From Owenia fusiformis (lineage: Eukaryota), in contig CAIIXF020000001.1 in the NCBI GenBank assembly GCA_903813345.2, forward strand, positions 40,176,001 through 40,240,000: DNA of 64,000 nt, given 5' to 3'. Shown here one piece after another: positions 52,486 to 64,000 of this stretch; the stretch's first letter is position 1, and every line of letters starts with the position of its first letter. The notes under the pieces are model-generated. The model did no database searches, had not been told where the DNA came from, and saw only the letters and a program-made list of their open reading frames with translations. Made by a program: the position numbers and the translations under genes.

Positions 52486-52766
52486 CATTGTAATATCTTT
52501 TTCATTGTACACAGAACATTTATTAATTCTCTTCTAAAATACTCCACATTTTTACTGGTTATTTCAAATATGTAGGGTGGTCCAAAACATTGTAATATCT
52601 TTTTCATTGTACACAGAACATTTATTAATTCTCTTCTAAAATACTCCACATTTTTACTGGTTATTTCAAATATACAGGGTGGTCCAAAACATTGTAATAT
52701 CTTTTTCATTGTAGACAGAACATTTATTAATTCTCTTCTAAAATACTCCACATTTTTACTGGTTAT
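52486..52766. repeat. 102-bp tandem repeat, ~2.8 copies
   Basis: Units start at 52486, 52588 and 52690; they generate the repetitive ORF 52485-52787. Confidence 0.95.
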
Positions 52767-53215
52767 TGGATGTAGTTTGGAGATCAACTAGTCAATGTTT
52801 GATAGGACCCCTACAACACCCACAAAACTACTCAAGTGACAACAAACGATGGCTTCCACTTTCCAATACAGGCACTTAGCTTATCTACCAGTTATTTTCT
52901 AAAAGCTTTAAAGACAAACTCTAGGCCAATATACTGGTATATAATTGGTATTCTTGGGAACTGACTCATAAAAATATAAAAAAAAGAAAGCTGTGATGCT
53001 TTGTATTGCTTTACGCAAATAGGGGGAGTGACTTTATTTTCCAGTCAATCAGACTGCACTCGAATCATCTACGAATGAAGATAGGACAAATGTTGCAATG
53101 TTGGTATTTTTATTTTTATTTTATTGCATATATAGTTTGTTTCCTTGCTTTTACACATACAAATCATGACAATCAAAGTCAATATTTTATAATAGGCTAA
53201 TGCTTTATATTTTTG

Positions 53216-56200
53216 TTATATTGTCAGAGTTGCACTTTTTAGATAGTTCACAAGGCATGTGCTTTGGTTGAGTTTCTGCTGCAGTCCTTTCCACATTGTT
53301 TCCTGGCTTTTACAGATACGTCCTGTTACATGTAGTAAATCATCGTTCCTGGCAATAACATCACCATGGATCTGGAATACAAAAAATAGACCATGTTTGA
53401 ATTAGTTATATTGTATTTTAAGAGTTCTTATCATACAAGGTAGGTATTAAGTAGAATTAAAAGTATAATCTCAGGAAAGCGTTTGTTTGTATTTTAGATA
53501 CCATTCAAGACTTCTTGTTTTGAAGTTACTGCATTTGGCAATCTATAACTCTATAGAGAAAAGTTCTCAGTAAGATAATGCCCTTTCCACTTCCTATGCT
53601 TGTGACAAATATCTAGACCATAATTCTCTGGAAATAAATAACAAAAACGATCTCTTTAGCCTACCTTGAGAAATAAAGCTAACCAGGCCTGTGCTAACTC
53701 AAAGTCTCTTCGAGTGGTGAACATGTGCTCCAAGAACTCTAGGAAGTTGGTTAACAAAGGACTGGTGTCTCCAACTGGGGCCAATAAACGTAGCTCAACA
53801 TCTATGGATGATACACTCATCTCTTTCATGGCAGACAGCACAGGATCATCTACATTATACAGTATATATATAATGTATGTAAATAATGTATATGAATAAT
53901 GTATACATACGATAATGTATATAAATAACTGATAAGGATAATGTATACATATAATGTATATATAGCCATTATGTCCCTATCATTGAATATATGCCTGAAG
54001 TCTGACGTCAATATAGCCCGAGCTTGCGAGGGTTATATTGATTACAGACTGAAGGCATATATTCAATGATACGGACATAATTGATGTATTACATACCTAA
54101 AGTACATTTACATAACATTTCATAAAGATAATACTTTGAAATACATGAAAAAAGACCAAAATTTTACACGATTCCAGTCTAAATCACTTTGTTTACATGT
54201 TATGACGTCATAAAGTTGTCATGGTAAAAAAGTTTGGCGGCTATACAGGAATATATAGCCCACCTTCAGCTCCATTGACTTCCATACAAATGCTTCGCTA
54301 GGTATGTAATACAAATAAATATAAGCTATTCAGTGAGATGATAGTGAATATGAAAGGTGTTAGGACAAATTACAGTACTACTACTACAGAAAACACAGTA
54401 AACAATATTACCAATAACATCTTGCCTCTTCTAAGAGTGTGTATGACAATTAACAACAACTATGTGATATTAAATAAATAAATGAATAAATAATAGTAAT
54501 CCTTAAATAATGGACATACATTCTTTCTTTACAGCTGCTTCTTTCAAGGTTGTTCCAAACTTTGACAATTGGAGAGAATAAATAGCTGCACTGTCAAAAT
54601 CAACCTAGAAATCAATAAATAATAAATTATGGGTGGATTCAAATCACAAAATTAATCAAATAACTATAATATATACAAAACTCAATCAGATTTGAACGAG
54701 GGAGTTCTGTCTGTGATGTCATTAATTTATTTCTACTTTCATTCATATATCACATTTTGACTAACCCAAAGCCTGTCTTGTTCTTATCTACAGAATATCT
54801 TAAAACTAATAGAAGATATTTTAAAGTATAAATGCAACACCATAGGGACTTTCAATCTATCAATTTGAAACTGTTTGAGATACAAATAATCGTACCTTTT
54901 TCTTTTTCTCTTCTGGAGTGAGGTCAAATTTCAGTTCAAGATCTTTGACTGTTGGAAGGAAGAATGGCGCAGACTTGGGCACTTTTGGGGGCTGCTTAGG
55001 TTTGTTTCTCTCCTGAAATAAATACACCATTGAATTGTATTGTATTGTATTGAATTGTATTGTATTGTATTGTTTTGCAGTGCATTGTATTGTATTGCAT
55101 TGCATTGTATTGCATTGCATTGCATTGTATTGCATTGTATTGTATTGTTTTGCAGTGCATTGCATTGTATTGCACTGCATCATATCGTATTGATATATCC
55201 AGTATTTGCAGTTGTGCTACCATAAGAGACAAACCAAGATCTCATCCTTGAAGGAACCTTCTTTTCTTTTAGTACTAAAGCTTGTAAATTGTAAATTCAT
55301 GTGGAGATTCAATCTTAGAATTGTCTTTTAACTTTGAAAATGTGCAAAAAACTTGCCACAATGCTTAAAAGGGGAGGTGTTCTACCAAGCTTTGATATTT
55401 TAAGAAAGTTTGTACCAAAATGTAATATCTATTGATGTTTCAAATCATAGGTTTTTATAAATAACATTTGGGTTTATCTAAGATCAGATTTACAGACTCT
55501 GCCCCTTAAACTTACCTTTATTGTGTCGAGCTGTAGAAGGTTCTGCCACCTTGAGTTGGGCAAAGTGGAAAGAGTGGCAAGGTTATCTGCCAGTTGCTCT
55601 GGAGAAACAAACTCTGTTGATGACATCTTCTCCTCTTTAATGTAAACATCATCTTCTTCACCTTCAAATACAATGAGAATAATTACTTTAACTTAAATTG
55701 ATAATTTCAAAATAAATTGAGTGGTTGCTAAAAGATGACATTTTTAGTTCATGTCATCCACATATGCATCCATGCTCTTTGGTTTGCAGCATAATCAAGG
55801 TATATGCATTTATGTGTATAGTGTAACACCACAACCTGATTTTATATAGAAGTAAAGTTATGAGAAATGGAGTTCACTAGTAACAGGTGTTCACTTGAGA
55901 GAGTTCACTAGATAAAGTTGTTCATTAAGACAGTAACAACTGCATGTAATCCCATCCATATTTCAACCATAGCTCTGCTTACCTGCCTCCCTCTTGCCTG
56001 TGGAAGGCATATCCAGGAGAGTAGGTTCATAGTTCTCTGAGAGGGGTAGCAGATTGACATGTGTATAGAGGGTCATGTTAGACCAGATGTAGACTCCCAC
56101 ATCATCCAGGTGACCTGTAGCCAGAAGGCTACCAATGGGGGACATGCTCATACTCGTGATAGCCCTGTCTACCAAAGCACAGTCAAGTAACCTGCAACAC

Positions 56201-59200
56201 AAAATAAACGGCTATCTTTCTATATAATATGATGATGAATGTTTGTGTGTTTGGCCTGTCATATACCGATATGACCGATATAGGCTAAACGAGACATACA
56301 AACATATTCATGATTGTATTGAGACAGTGTTAAAGGTCAGGGCCCATGAAGGTGAAACTTAAAGATCAAGGCAGGTCAAGGTCACTTTCAGCCTAATATC
56401 ATCTCAAGAATCATGGGCCAAATCACCCCAATTAGCCAAGTTCTTCTGAAATGGCAATGGTCAAATATGAACAGCCTTTTTATGATTTTTTTATGAAACA
56501 TATATCAACTACTATAAGAGAAGTAGGGAACAGATTGATAATTCAAATTGAATGTAGGTATGATTTAGTGACCCAGTCCATGAAAAATTCATGTATAGAA
56601 ACCCACCTTCCAGTAGGTACATCCCAGGTTCTTAAACTACAATCCATTGATGCTGTCAACAGCCAGCGAGCATCAACGCTAAATGTCATATCAGTCACAC
56701 GGTTAGAATGACCTTCAAACTTCCTCACGACTTTCCTACTTGTAATATCAACCATGACAACTGTGAAGTCATCAAGAGCGACTGCCATCATGGCACTCTC
56801 TCTATGGAGATGTATTAGTGCTACAGGGCTGTCCAGGGTCAATGTTCCGAGGAGTGTCTTTTGTTTAAACTTCCAGAATTTAATTGTACAGTCTGATGCA
56901 GCAGTTATAGTTTGTTGGTTCAGTGCATCTATTGCTACACCACGTATGCTTCCTTCATGGGCTGCAATTATGAACAACATTAGCACATGAAATAGATACC
57001 CACAAGTTCATTAAATGTTTAATTTTAGATATAAGATAATGAAATAATGAATGTTCATATCACTGAATATATATTTTACTAAATAACATTCGATTTATAA
57101 TCGTTGTTATGTTTATTTACAAAGTGCTTATATATTTGCCAAACAGTTGTTTATTGCCTGAAAAGCTCAAGATGTTTAACACAGGCTATTATCTATTTGG
57201 ATGATGTCATATGACCCCCATGACCCTAAGCCTATTATACTTTTCTACTGTCCCTTTTTCACATCATGCCTAAATCACAATTGACTATAATATACTGCAA
57301 TTCCTCAACCATAACTGCACTAATATTGTTTATTATGACCCAAGATCAAATGAAAACATGATTTCTTGTACCTTGAGGTTGACCATACTCTCCTCTGTGT
57401 AGACCAGACTGCATGTTATAGACATCCACATGGCCACTAGAATAGCCTATCACACAGAAGTTTCCACAGCTGCTTAATGTTGCTACCTTGAAAATGAAGT
57501 AGTAGATTCATCTTTACATTCAATGTGTGATTTTTATCTACAAAGACTAAGTATTGTTAGATTTTTAGAAACAAAGTACCCGTCTCTTGAATGAAACTTA
57601 AATGGGAATGAATTTGGATGACTGAGAGTAAAATGTCTCCATTTCTGTTCCCTGTCTCGAGAGTGAAAAGTTGTAGGCTAGGTGGTGAATTACGATATAT
57701 GCTCTAGTGTAACACATTAATCAGAGAGCTAGCAGACTATTCAACAAAATAAATAGATATATTACTTGTGCAGTAGCAGTAGCATATGTGGCATCTTTAC
57801 TGAAACGAGGGTGCTGTAGTTTGTATTTGCCCATTGTTGATCGGGTATAGTTCCAGCTGGTAGTGATGTTTATGCCTCTGTGACATGCCACAATACTATC
57901 CCAATCACTCTGCCTGTTGGTCTCTGCAAACAATTATAGGTTATAAAATACTGTAGTGACGTGAACCACAAAAATGACTAAGACATGGTTCAATCTTCAC
58001 TGGTCCACAGCAGGATGAAACTTACTGGAGTTAGTCTCATCCAAAAGGTGGACAAAATTTGTTTGATATCGAGGAACATTCACTCTCAGCTTAACAAAGT
58101 AAAATTCTGGATCCCAAATGTTTTGTCTTGCATAAAATTCTGAACAGAACAGTGGATGGTATCATAATTGACCACTCACCTGATGCAAAGTCGATAATGG
58201 GCGGCATCATATGCTGATCTAGCTTTAGACCAGACTTCTTGCTCTGTGCCTTGTTAAAAGATGCCCTGCCCAGGCTCTTGTTGTGACGATCGTGAACTGT
58301 GGAGAATGATCGCAGGGTACTGTCTTGACCTGTAATATACGAGTACTTGAAGCTTTCATATTATAAAGTAACATCCATGCCATATTATTTCTATCATTTC
58401 CTAGGAACCAGAATTCCCAATATTGACTTCAGAAACTGATTCTGTAATTGAGAAAATTTCCATTATATACTAACAGAATCAGTCTGAGTTAAAATGTTAC
58501 TTTGTGGGAAATCTAAACCTTCTTTTTGACTTATACATCAACCTGACAACAGTTTATACATATTTTTACTGAGTTACATTTATAGGTATTAAAGATGTAT
58601 GCACAGAGCTGTATAATCCAGTTTCTATACCAAAGTACCTGCACTGAGTATATTCTGTCCTTGTTGATCATGGAACCTGACTTTATTTGGTGGAGCACTG
58701 TGTCCTGTCCTCTGTCTCAACAACCTCCCACCTCCATCTGCCTGATCAAATATCCACATCTGCAACAAACATCGATAAAAATATATTTTGAAAATTACCT
58801 TCATCCTAACAGCTATTGTTTAGATCTAAATCTGCGAACAGAATGGATTCAAATTGTTGAAAGTGAAAGCTCAATCACAATTTTGTTCATTGGTTCAATT
58901 AATGACAATCACTTGCCATATTGGTTAACACTTAACCTCTACTCAACTCTATTCCTATGGCTGAGGCCCACTCATAATGTACAGTAAGTTAAGTATAGAA
59001 GAGAAAGTGGTCAAATACAGCAGTCATTTTGCCAACTTTTGAAATCTACATTTCATTGAGCAATGATAAGACTAACCCTTGGAAAATACAATTTTCAACA
59101 AAGTATCCACATCTTACCTTGACAGAGTTATCAGCTGAGTTAGTGACCATGATTGGTTCTGAGGGCAAGAACTGCATACCCGACACTGCACTGTTGTGGG

Positions 59201-62200
59201 CCTCCTGTATCTGACTGATCAGACGTTTCTCCTCAAGATTCCAAACACCAATGTGCCCAAGGGGACTACCAACAGCCATGATGGGACTGCCATCTATGGC
59301 AACATTATATTATACTCGCATATGTACATGTTAGCTCAGACAGAATATACAAAGCTGCCTATTTAACATTTCATGTTGGCTTACATAGTAAATTAATTAA
59401 GAAACCAAAAGTTTTTGTTCATCATTAAAGCAAGGAAGCGCAATAGGTACAATTATATAACACTTACATAATAATTAAATGAGACCAAGTAAATGATATT
59501 AAAACGTGGCCCTTGTACTGAATAATATACAGCTATGTCTTCGGTTGAAAAACGAACAACACGAATATTCAAATGCTCAATTCAGACTGCAGGAGTAGGC
59601 TAATTTAAAAATGCATTTGCCATGATATAACATACCAGTCCTGAAGGATATGGCAGTCACTGGACCCCAATCCTGTGTGACAGTCATGATGGTCTGATTG
59701 TATCTGATGTTGTGTAACATAGTACGTCCATCAGCAAATCCAATACCAAGCACATCAATAGCTGGAGCCTACAAGATGAAATCAGTTCTAGATTTTTACA
59801 ACTAAGAAACATCCCTGAAAAGAAATCTGTCAGACTGTTTGTCTGGGAATGCACACCTGTACCTGCCAAGCTAATGACAAGATAATATTTATTTGGGAAA
59901 AACAAGAACAGAATTCTAAAACAGAGGATTTTTAAACGTCAACAAATGGAAAATCAAGCAAGGGCCATATTACTCCACAGCATGCACGTCTATCTCCTGG
60001 TTTGATTTTGCAGTAGGCAGGTATGATATTGTACATTGTATTATGCATTGAATTTTCCCAGATTTGTAACCAAGTTATAGCTTAACTGATTAATTGGCTG
60101 TCAACTCTACTAGCCTTAGGTGCTAACAAAACAAGATCATGTTATCCGTGTGTGTACTTGTTAAAAGAACAACTATATATCAACAATATGTAATTGGTTT
60201 TGACACGGTCCCCTACTTAATTAATTACCCTAGTACATGTACACGGCATAATGACCTTAATGACATTATTTTAAGTCAGACAAATCGCATGCCTGAGTTT
60301 TACAACACATCAGTACAAAAATGTCTACAATGATTTTACTTTAATCAATTGATGAATGTCATTAATAGAGTATAAAAAAATGGGGATAGAAATGTCCGTA
60401 TTAGTATTTTAGAGATGTCTGGAGACATTAGATTTACTGTTTAATAAATAAATTAATGAAAAATGAAGCTCTACCAAAAGTTAACGATAACATTGACAAG
60501 TTTATTATTTTTCTTAATTCTAACTATAAAATTAAACCATACAGAAGAAACCATCAAAAAGGACGTTATACATCAGAATATGAACAACACAAATGGCCAA
60601 ACACAAAGTGATTTAAAAATGATTGCCAGTGTTTTAAAAGTTGGTATGGCAACACCTCAGAGTTGGTACAAGTCAACTTACATGATTAACCAGGAATTCA
60701 TATGGGCTTGAGCAAGCTATTGGTAGCACTTTCATATTGGCACCCAGAAAAAATGCAAGGCTTAAGATACAGATGGGAAATCAGTCTTATTAATTAGGTA
60801 TACCCACTATATGTCTGAGGAAGATATCATTTTTTTGAAAGATGAATGATAATCAAAATATGCCTTATTCTCTATGTAACAAATTCCCAAGAAAAAATCC
60901 ACCTTTACATATATACTTCAAACATGTACTTGAATAGAGTAAGTTAAAGTAATTTGGCTGCATTAGAAAGATTAAGGAATTTGCTTTAAAATGATATGCA
61001 ACAAGTGTGTCCATAATAGTGTATAGAGTTTTTACAACCGCTTGTAGCACACAACCGTTGGTGTAACATTGCATTGTAAATTTTATGTTAAAAAAGACTG
61101 AATTTTTCAACATATTTTCCAATCTTTGCTTACAGTTTTTTTAAGATGATATCAAAAGTACGGAATGTTAAAATTCTGTCACTAAAAAATTATAGAAAAG
61201 GCTGTAGTGGTTCCTGAGATATTGGCTCTCAAAATAACTAACTGATTTTCCGACACGCAAATGTCTTTTCCGAAGAGCATGTGTATTTTAAGACTGAAGT
61301 AATATGATACCCTAAAAACTATTTTAAAACAAAATGCATTTAGTTTCTTGAATATTCAAAACAAATAAATAGCTTTGAACTGTAAAATCAATTTTAAAAT
61401 TCCGACACAAGAAAAAAGTCCTTTCCGAAGAGCTCTTCGGAAAAGACAAACTCTGTCAAAACAGTGCATTTACCAACAATATTGAAGAGAAACACACTGG
61501 AATATATTTTCTGATGAACTTTTATACATAAAATATCTTTACTGAAGTAACTAAGACTTAAACAGGAACTACAAAAGTAAATGTGTCCTTTCCGAAGAGC
61601 AATTCAGTCTCTGATTAGGAATGCTGTATTTGATGTCTATAACTAACTTTTCTACTGATGTATAAAGGCATAAGCACAATGTTTACAAATATTACATTGA
61701 ATCTTGATTTGAACAGTACTGTAAAACCCTTTAAAACACTCAAGTGTAAAATTGCAAATGAAGAATGCCGCAAATATAAAATTGTATCTTCATCACTATT
61801 TTTCCTGTGATAATAGGTTCAATTCACTAACAATTACCACCAACAATTGAGTCGTTTCTGTGCATAATGCTGTTTCATAGGCCTACATGTCCCCAGCCCA
61901 GCAACTAAATAAAAAAAACTACAAGTACATTCATGATAACCTTAAAGTGATGACTTTAATGATGTTTTGCCCTATTATCGCCCATATATTTACCTATTAA
62001 AAATCACAGTTAATGATGTAATCAGTGGTAAATCTCGAAAACATGAATACATGAATAGAAACAAATGTACAATCTCCGAAAATTGCTCCCTCAAATTCAA
62101 TCTATTAAACAGTATTTAGTAATACACTAAAAAATGTCCTTTCCGAAGAGCTTTGGACAAGTGTAGTTTCGTCATATGGTACACATATATACTATCATGA

Positions 62201-64000
62201 TTGTCTCATATATAATCAAACATTATTAAGGACTTTGTAATGATTCAGACAGAAGGAAAAATCAACAGGATATTCAGCATTATTAAGTTTTATCGTAATT
62301 GGAAAAATGATTGAACTTTTTTGCCGAAATCACGGGCCAAGTGACGAGATTGGTCTTCATAATTCATTTCTATGATAATGATTCAGATAAAAACTATTAG
62401 TTATTTAGAACCATATATGTGCATGCTTTTAAACAAAAAATGTGGAACATATATTGAAACTTATATATACCCTTTATAATTGCAATTATGTGTGTGTCCT
62501 TTCCGAAGAGCCAAAGTTGGGGCTTGTAATATCATCCTGATTTTTTTCAATATCGATGCAAACAGTTATCTCTGGGTCAATAAAAAATGAAAGGTAAGAC
62601 ATTAAGTAAAATTATGATTCAGGAAAATGTTTTCTTCTAGCAAGTTTGAAAGTCCACTTCTATGGGACTAAAAGTGCTACCAATAGCTTGCTCAAGCCCA
62701 TATGTAGAAATGATAAAACAGACATTCTTTTCTACGTCCACTCTGCTCCAAATAATTTGAATAACAGAAATATCATCCGAGCATCCTGGGGAAGTAATAA
62801 ACGTTACAAGGATTATAAACTAACTTTGGTGTTCTTATTAGGAGACAGCGATGATAAAAGAATAAATAAGAGAATTCTTACTGAGAGCCGTAACCATCAC
62901 GACATCATACAAGGAGCATTTAGAGACATCTATTCTCATCTGACATATAAGGCTACAATGGGGCTAAATTGGGTGAAAGCCCATTGCTCAAATACAAAGT
63001 ACATTATTAAGACAGATGACGATGTATTTGTTAACATTCCAGTTTTGATTGACAAACTTGAGGAGCTAGAAATAAAGAATATGACCAAGAACCTATTGAT
63101 GTGCAGAGTGGTGCATGAAGCTGTTGTTATTAGAGACAAAAGATATAAAAATCATGTCACAAACGAAGAATATAAAATTCATGATCCAGATATATTCCCA
63201 GATTTTTGCCCAGGATTTGCTGTTGTATATTCTCAAGATGGCTTTATGAACATACAGGAAGTGTTAGGTCATAACACGCAGTTTTACCTGTGGATGATGT
63301 TTTTGTAACGGGAATCTTAGCCAACATAGCAGGGATTAAACACACAGACAGTTCAGAGTTGACAGGGATTGCAGAAGAAGATCAGTGGAAAGAATATCTG
63401 GATTTAAACAAATCAAGATTTAATCAATTCATGTTCATTCTAGTAGAAAGAAAACCTGAGCGAATTGGTACACTTTGGAAAAAACAGCAACAACTTTGAT
63501 TTTGGAACAACCTGAGAGGTAGCAAAATTTGACATAGCAAAATGCTATCCATGTAAAATCAGGGTTTTTTCAACAGATTCCACATTTTGAAAGACTGTTT
63601 GAGAATTTGCACTTGAACGAAATACATAAATGTTTCATAAATATACAATATAAAGGCCAATTCCAGATACATTTGTGTGACCATTTTATCATTTAAAGAT
63701 TTTCAGGCCATGGTTAATGTTATATCATTATCACACTATTTGCAACATATTATTATTGATCTACCTTTCATTTGCATTTGATAAGGGCAGAGGTGTACTT
63801 TGTAGAGATAATGATAAATTCAGACATTATTACATTTTTGAAATCCCAAGGAGCAGAAATCTGAAACATGATAAAAATGATAGAATAAAAATGATAGAAA
63901 AAAAGAATCAAGGTTCTTGTTTTGACAACAATATTTTGTAGTAGGCACAAACAAGGGCTCAACTTGGCCATTTGTCGTCTCATTTATACTAACCTGCTCC
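53216..64000 (-). CDS. WDR36: WD repeat-containing protein 36 / U3 snoRNA-associated Utp21, 3' part; gene continues beyond the window
   Basis: Exons (64000)-63994, 59768-59636, 59293-59118, 58759-58639, 58329-58180, 57923-57766, 57486-57372, 56961-56607, 56191-55983, 55661-55516, 55012-54896, 54604-54520, 53849-53665 and 53371-53216. Motifs EQAPAIDV, GQDSTLRSFS, RQSDWDSIVACH, SSCGNF..VYNMQSG.HRG, LSTLPNSRWQNLLQLDTIKERNKPKQPPKVPKSAPFFLPT and RRDFELAQAWLALFLKIHG (Utp21 domain). Confidence 0.95.
53868..53963. repeat. AT-rich (ATAATGTAT)-based minisatellite
   Basis: About 7 imperfect copies. Confidence 0.7.
53968..54081. mobile_element. Long hairpin (palindromic non-autonomous element) in a WDR36 intron
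   Basis: ATTATGTCC.TATCATTGAATATATGCCT..AGTCTG..TCAATATAGCCC-GAGCTTGCGA-GGGTTATATTGA..CAGACT..AGGCATATATTCAATGATA.GGACATAAT. Confidence 0.8.
55028..55192. repeat. (ATTGT/ATTGC)n pentanucleotide microsatellite
   Basis: Directly visible; explains several low-complexity ORFs. Confidence 0.95.
60463..63499 (+). pseudogene. GT31 beta-1,3-galactosyltransferase-like gene nested antisense in a WDR36 intron, disrupted by a transposon and a frameshift
   Basis: Type II signal anchor MKLYQKLTITLTSLLFFLILTI (60463). Catalytic motifs VHSAP..NRNIIRASWG, VFLLG, DIIQGAFRDIYSHLTYK, KTDDDVFVN, FPDFCPG and DDVFVTGILA. Removing 60704-62703 and adding one T at 63282-63285 gives a ~345-aa ORF. Confidence 0.85.
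60704..62699. mobile_element. 2.0-kb non-autonomous TIR DNA transposon inserted in the galactosyltransferase CDS
   Basis: Perfect 29-bp TIR GGGCTTGAGCAAGCTATTGGTAGCACTTT / AAAGTGCTACCAATAGCTTGCTCAAGCCC flanked by ATAT duplication (target CATATG is palindromic, so TSD length is ambiguous). Internal repeated TTCCGAAGAGC motifs; no transposase ORF. Confidence 0.92.

Noticed and set aside
52485..52787. 100-aa ORF with a 34-aa repeat
   Set aside because: Artefact of the 102-bp tandem repeat; no splice or domain support.
54931..55251. Cys/Gln-rich ORFs (CIALH, QYNT)
   Set aside because: Pentanucleotide microsatellite; only 54896-55012 is a real WDR36 exon.
53372..59635. Intronic C/D snoRNAs in WDR36
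   Set aside because: Ribosome-biogenesis genes often host them, but I found no convincing C box/D box pair with a terminal stem by eye.
62646..62699. Predicted N-terminus MKVHFYGTKSATNSLLKP of the galactosyltransferase ORF
   Set aside because: Derives from the transposon's right end; the true N-terminus is at 60463.

Overview
AT-rich, intron-containing eukaryotic DNA, consistent with a marine invertebrate (annelid/mollusc-like; the taxon is an inference). Gene order: 3' end of an ARHGEF10-like RhoGEF (+); a small spliced orphan secreted-protein gene or pseudogene (+); a C2H2 zinc-finger gene with a constant non-BTB N-terminus and two alternative terminal zinc-finger exons (+); a complete 10-exon SH2D5-like PTB+SH2 adaptor (-) with a nested intronless SDR oxidoreductase (+) in its 11-kb intron; and the 3' part of WDR36/UTP21 (-). 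One WDR36 intron holds a nested GT31 beta-1,3-galactosyltransferase-like gene split by a 2-kb TIR transposon and carrying a frameshift. Introns and UTRs are dense with non-autonomous DNA elements: a Helentron/HINE-like family (one copy carries ~16 tandem repeats rich in AGGTCA DR4 motifs), a 2.9-kb TIR element with an 8-bp TSD built from 137-bp palindromic units, Tc1/mariner remnants, MITEs and minisatellites. Exon boundaries were derived by hand from GT-AG sites and reading-frame phase. Family names come from recalled motifs; no database searches were run.
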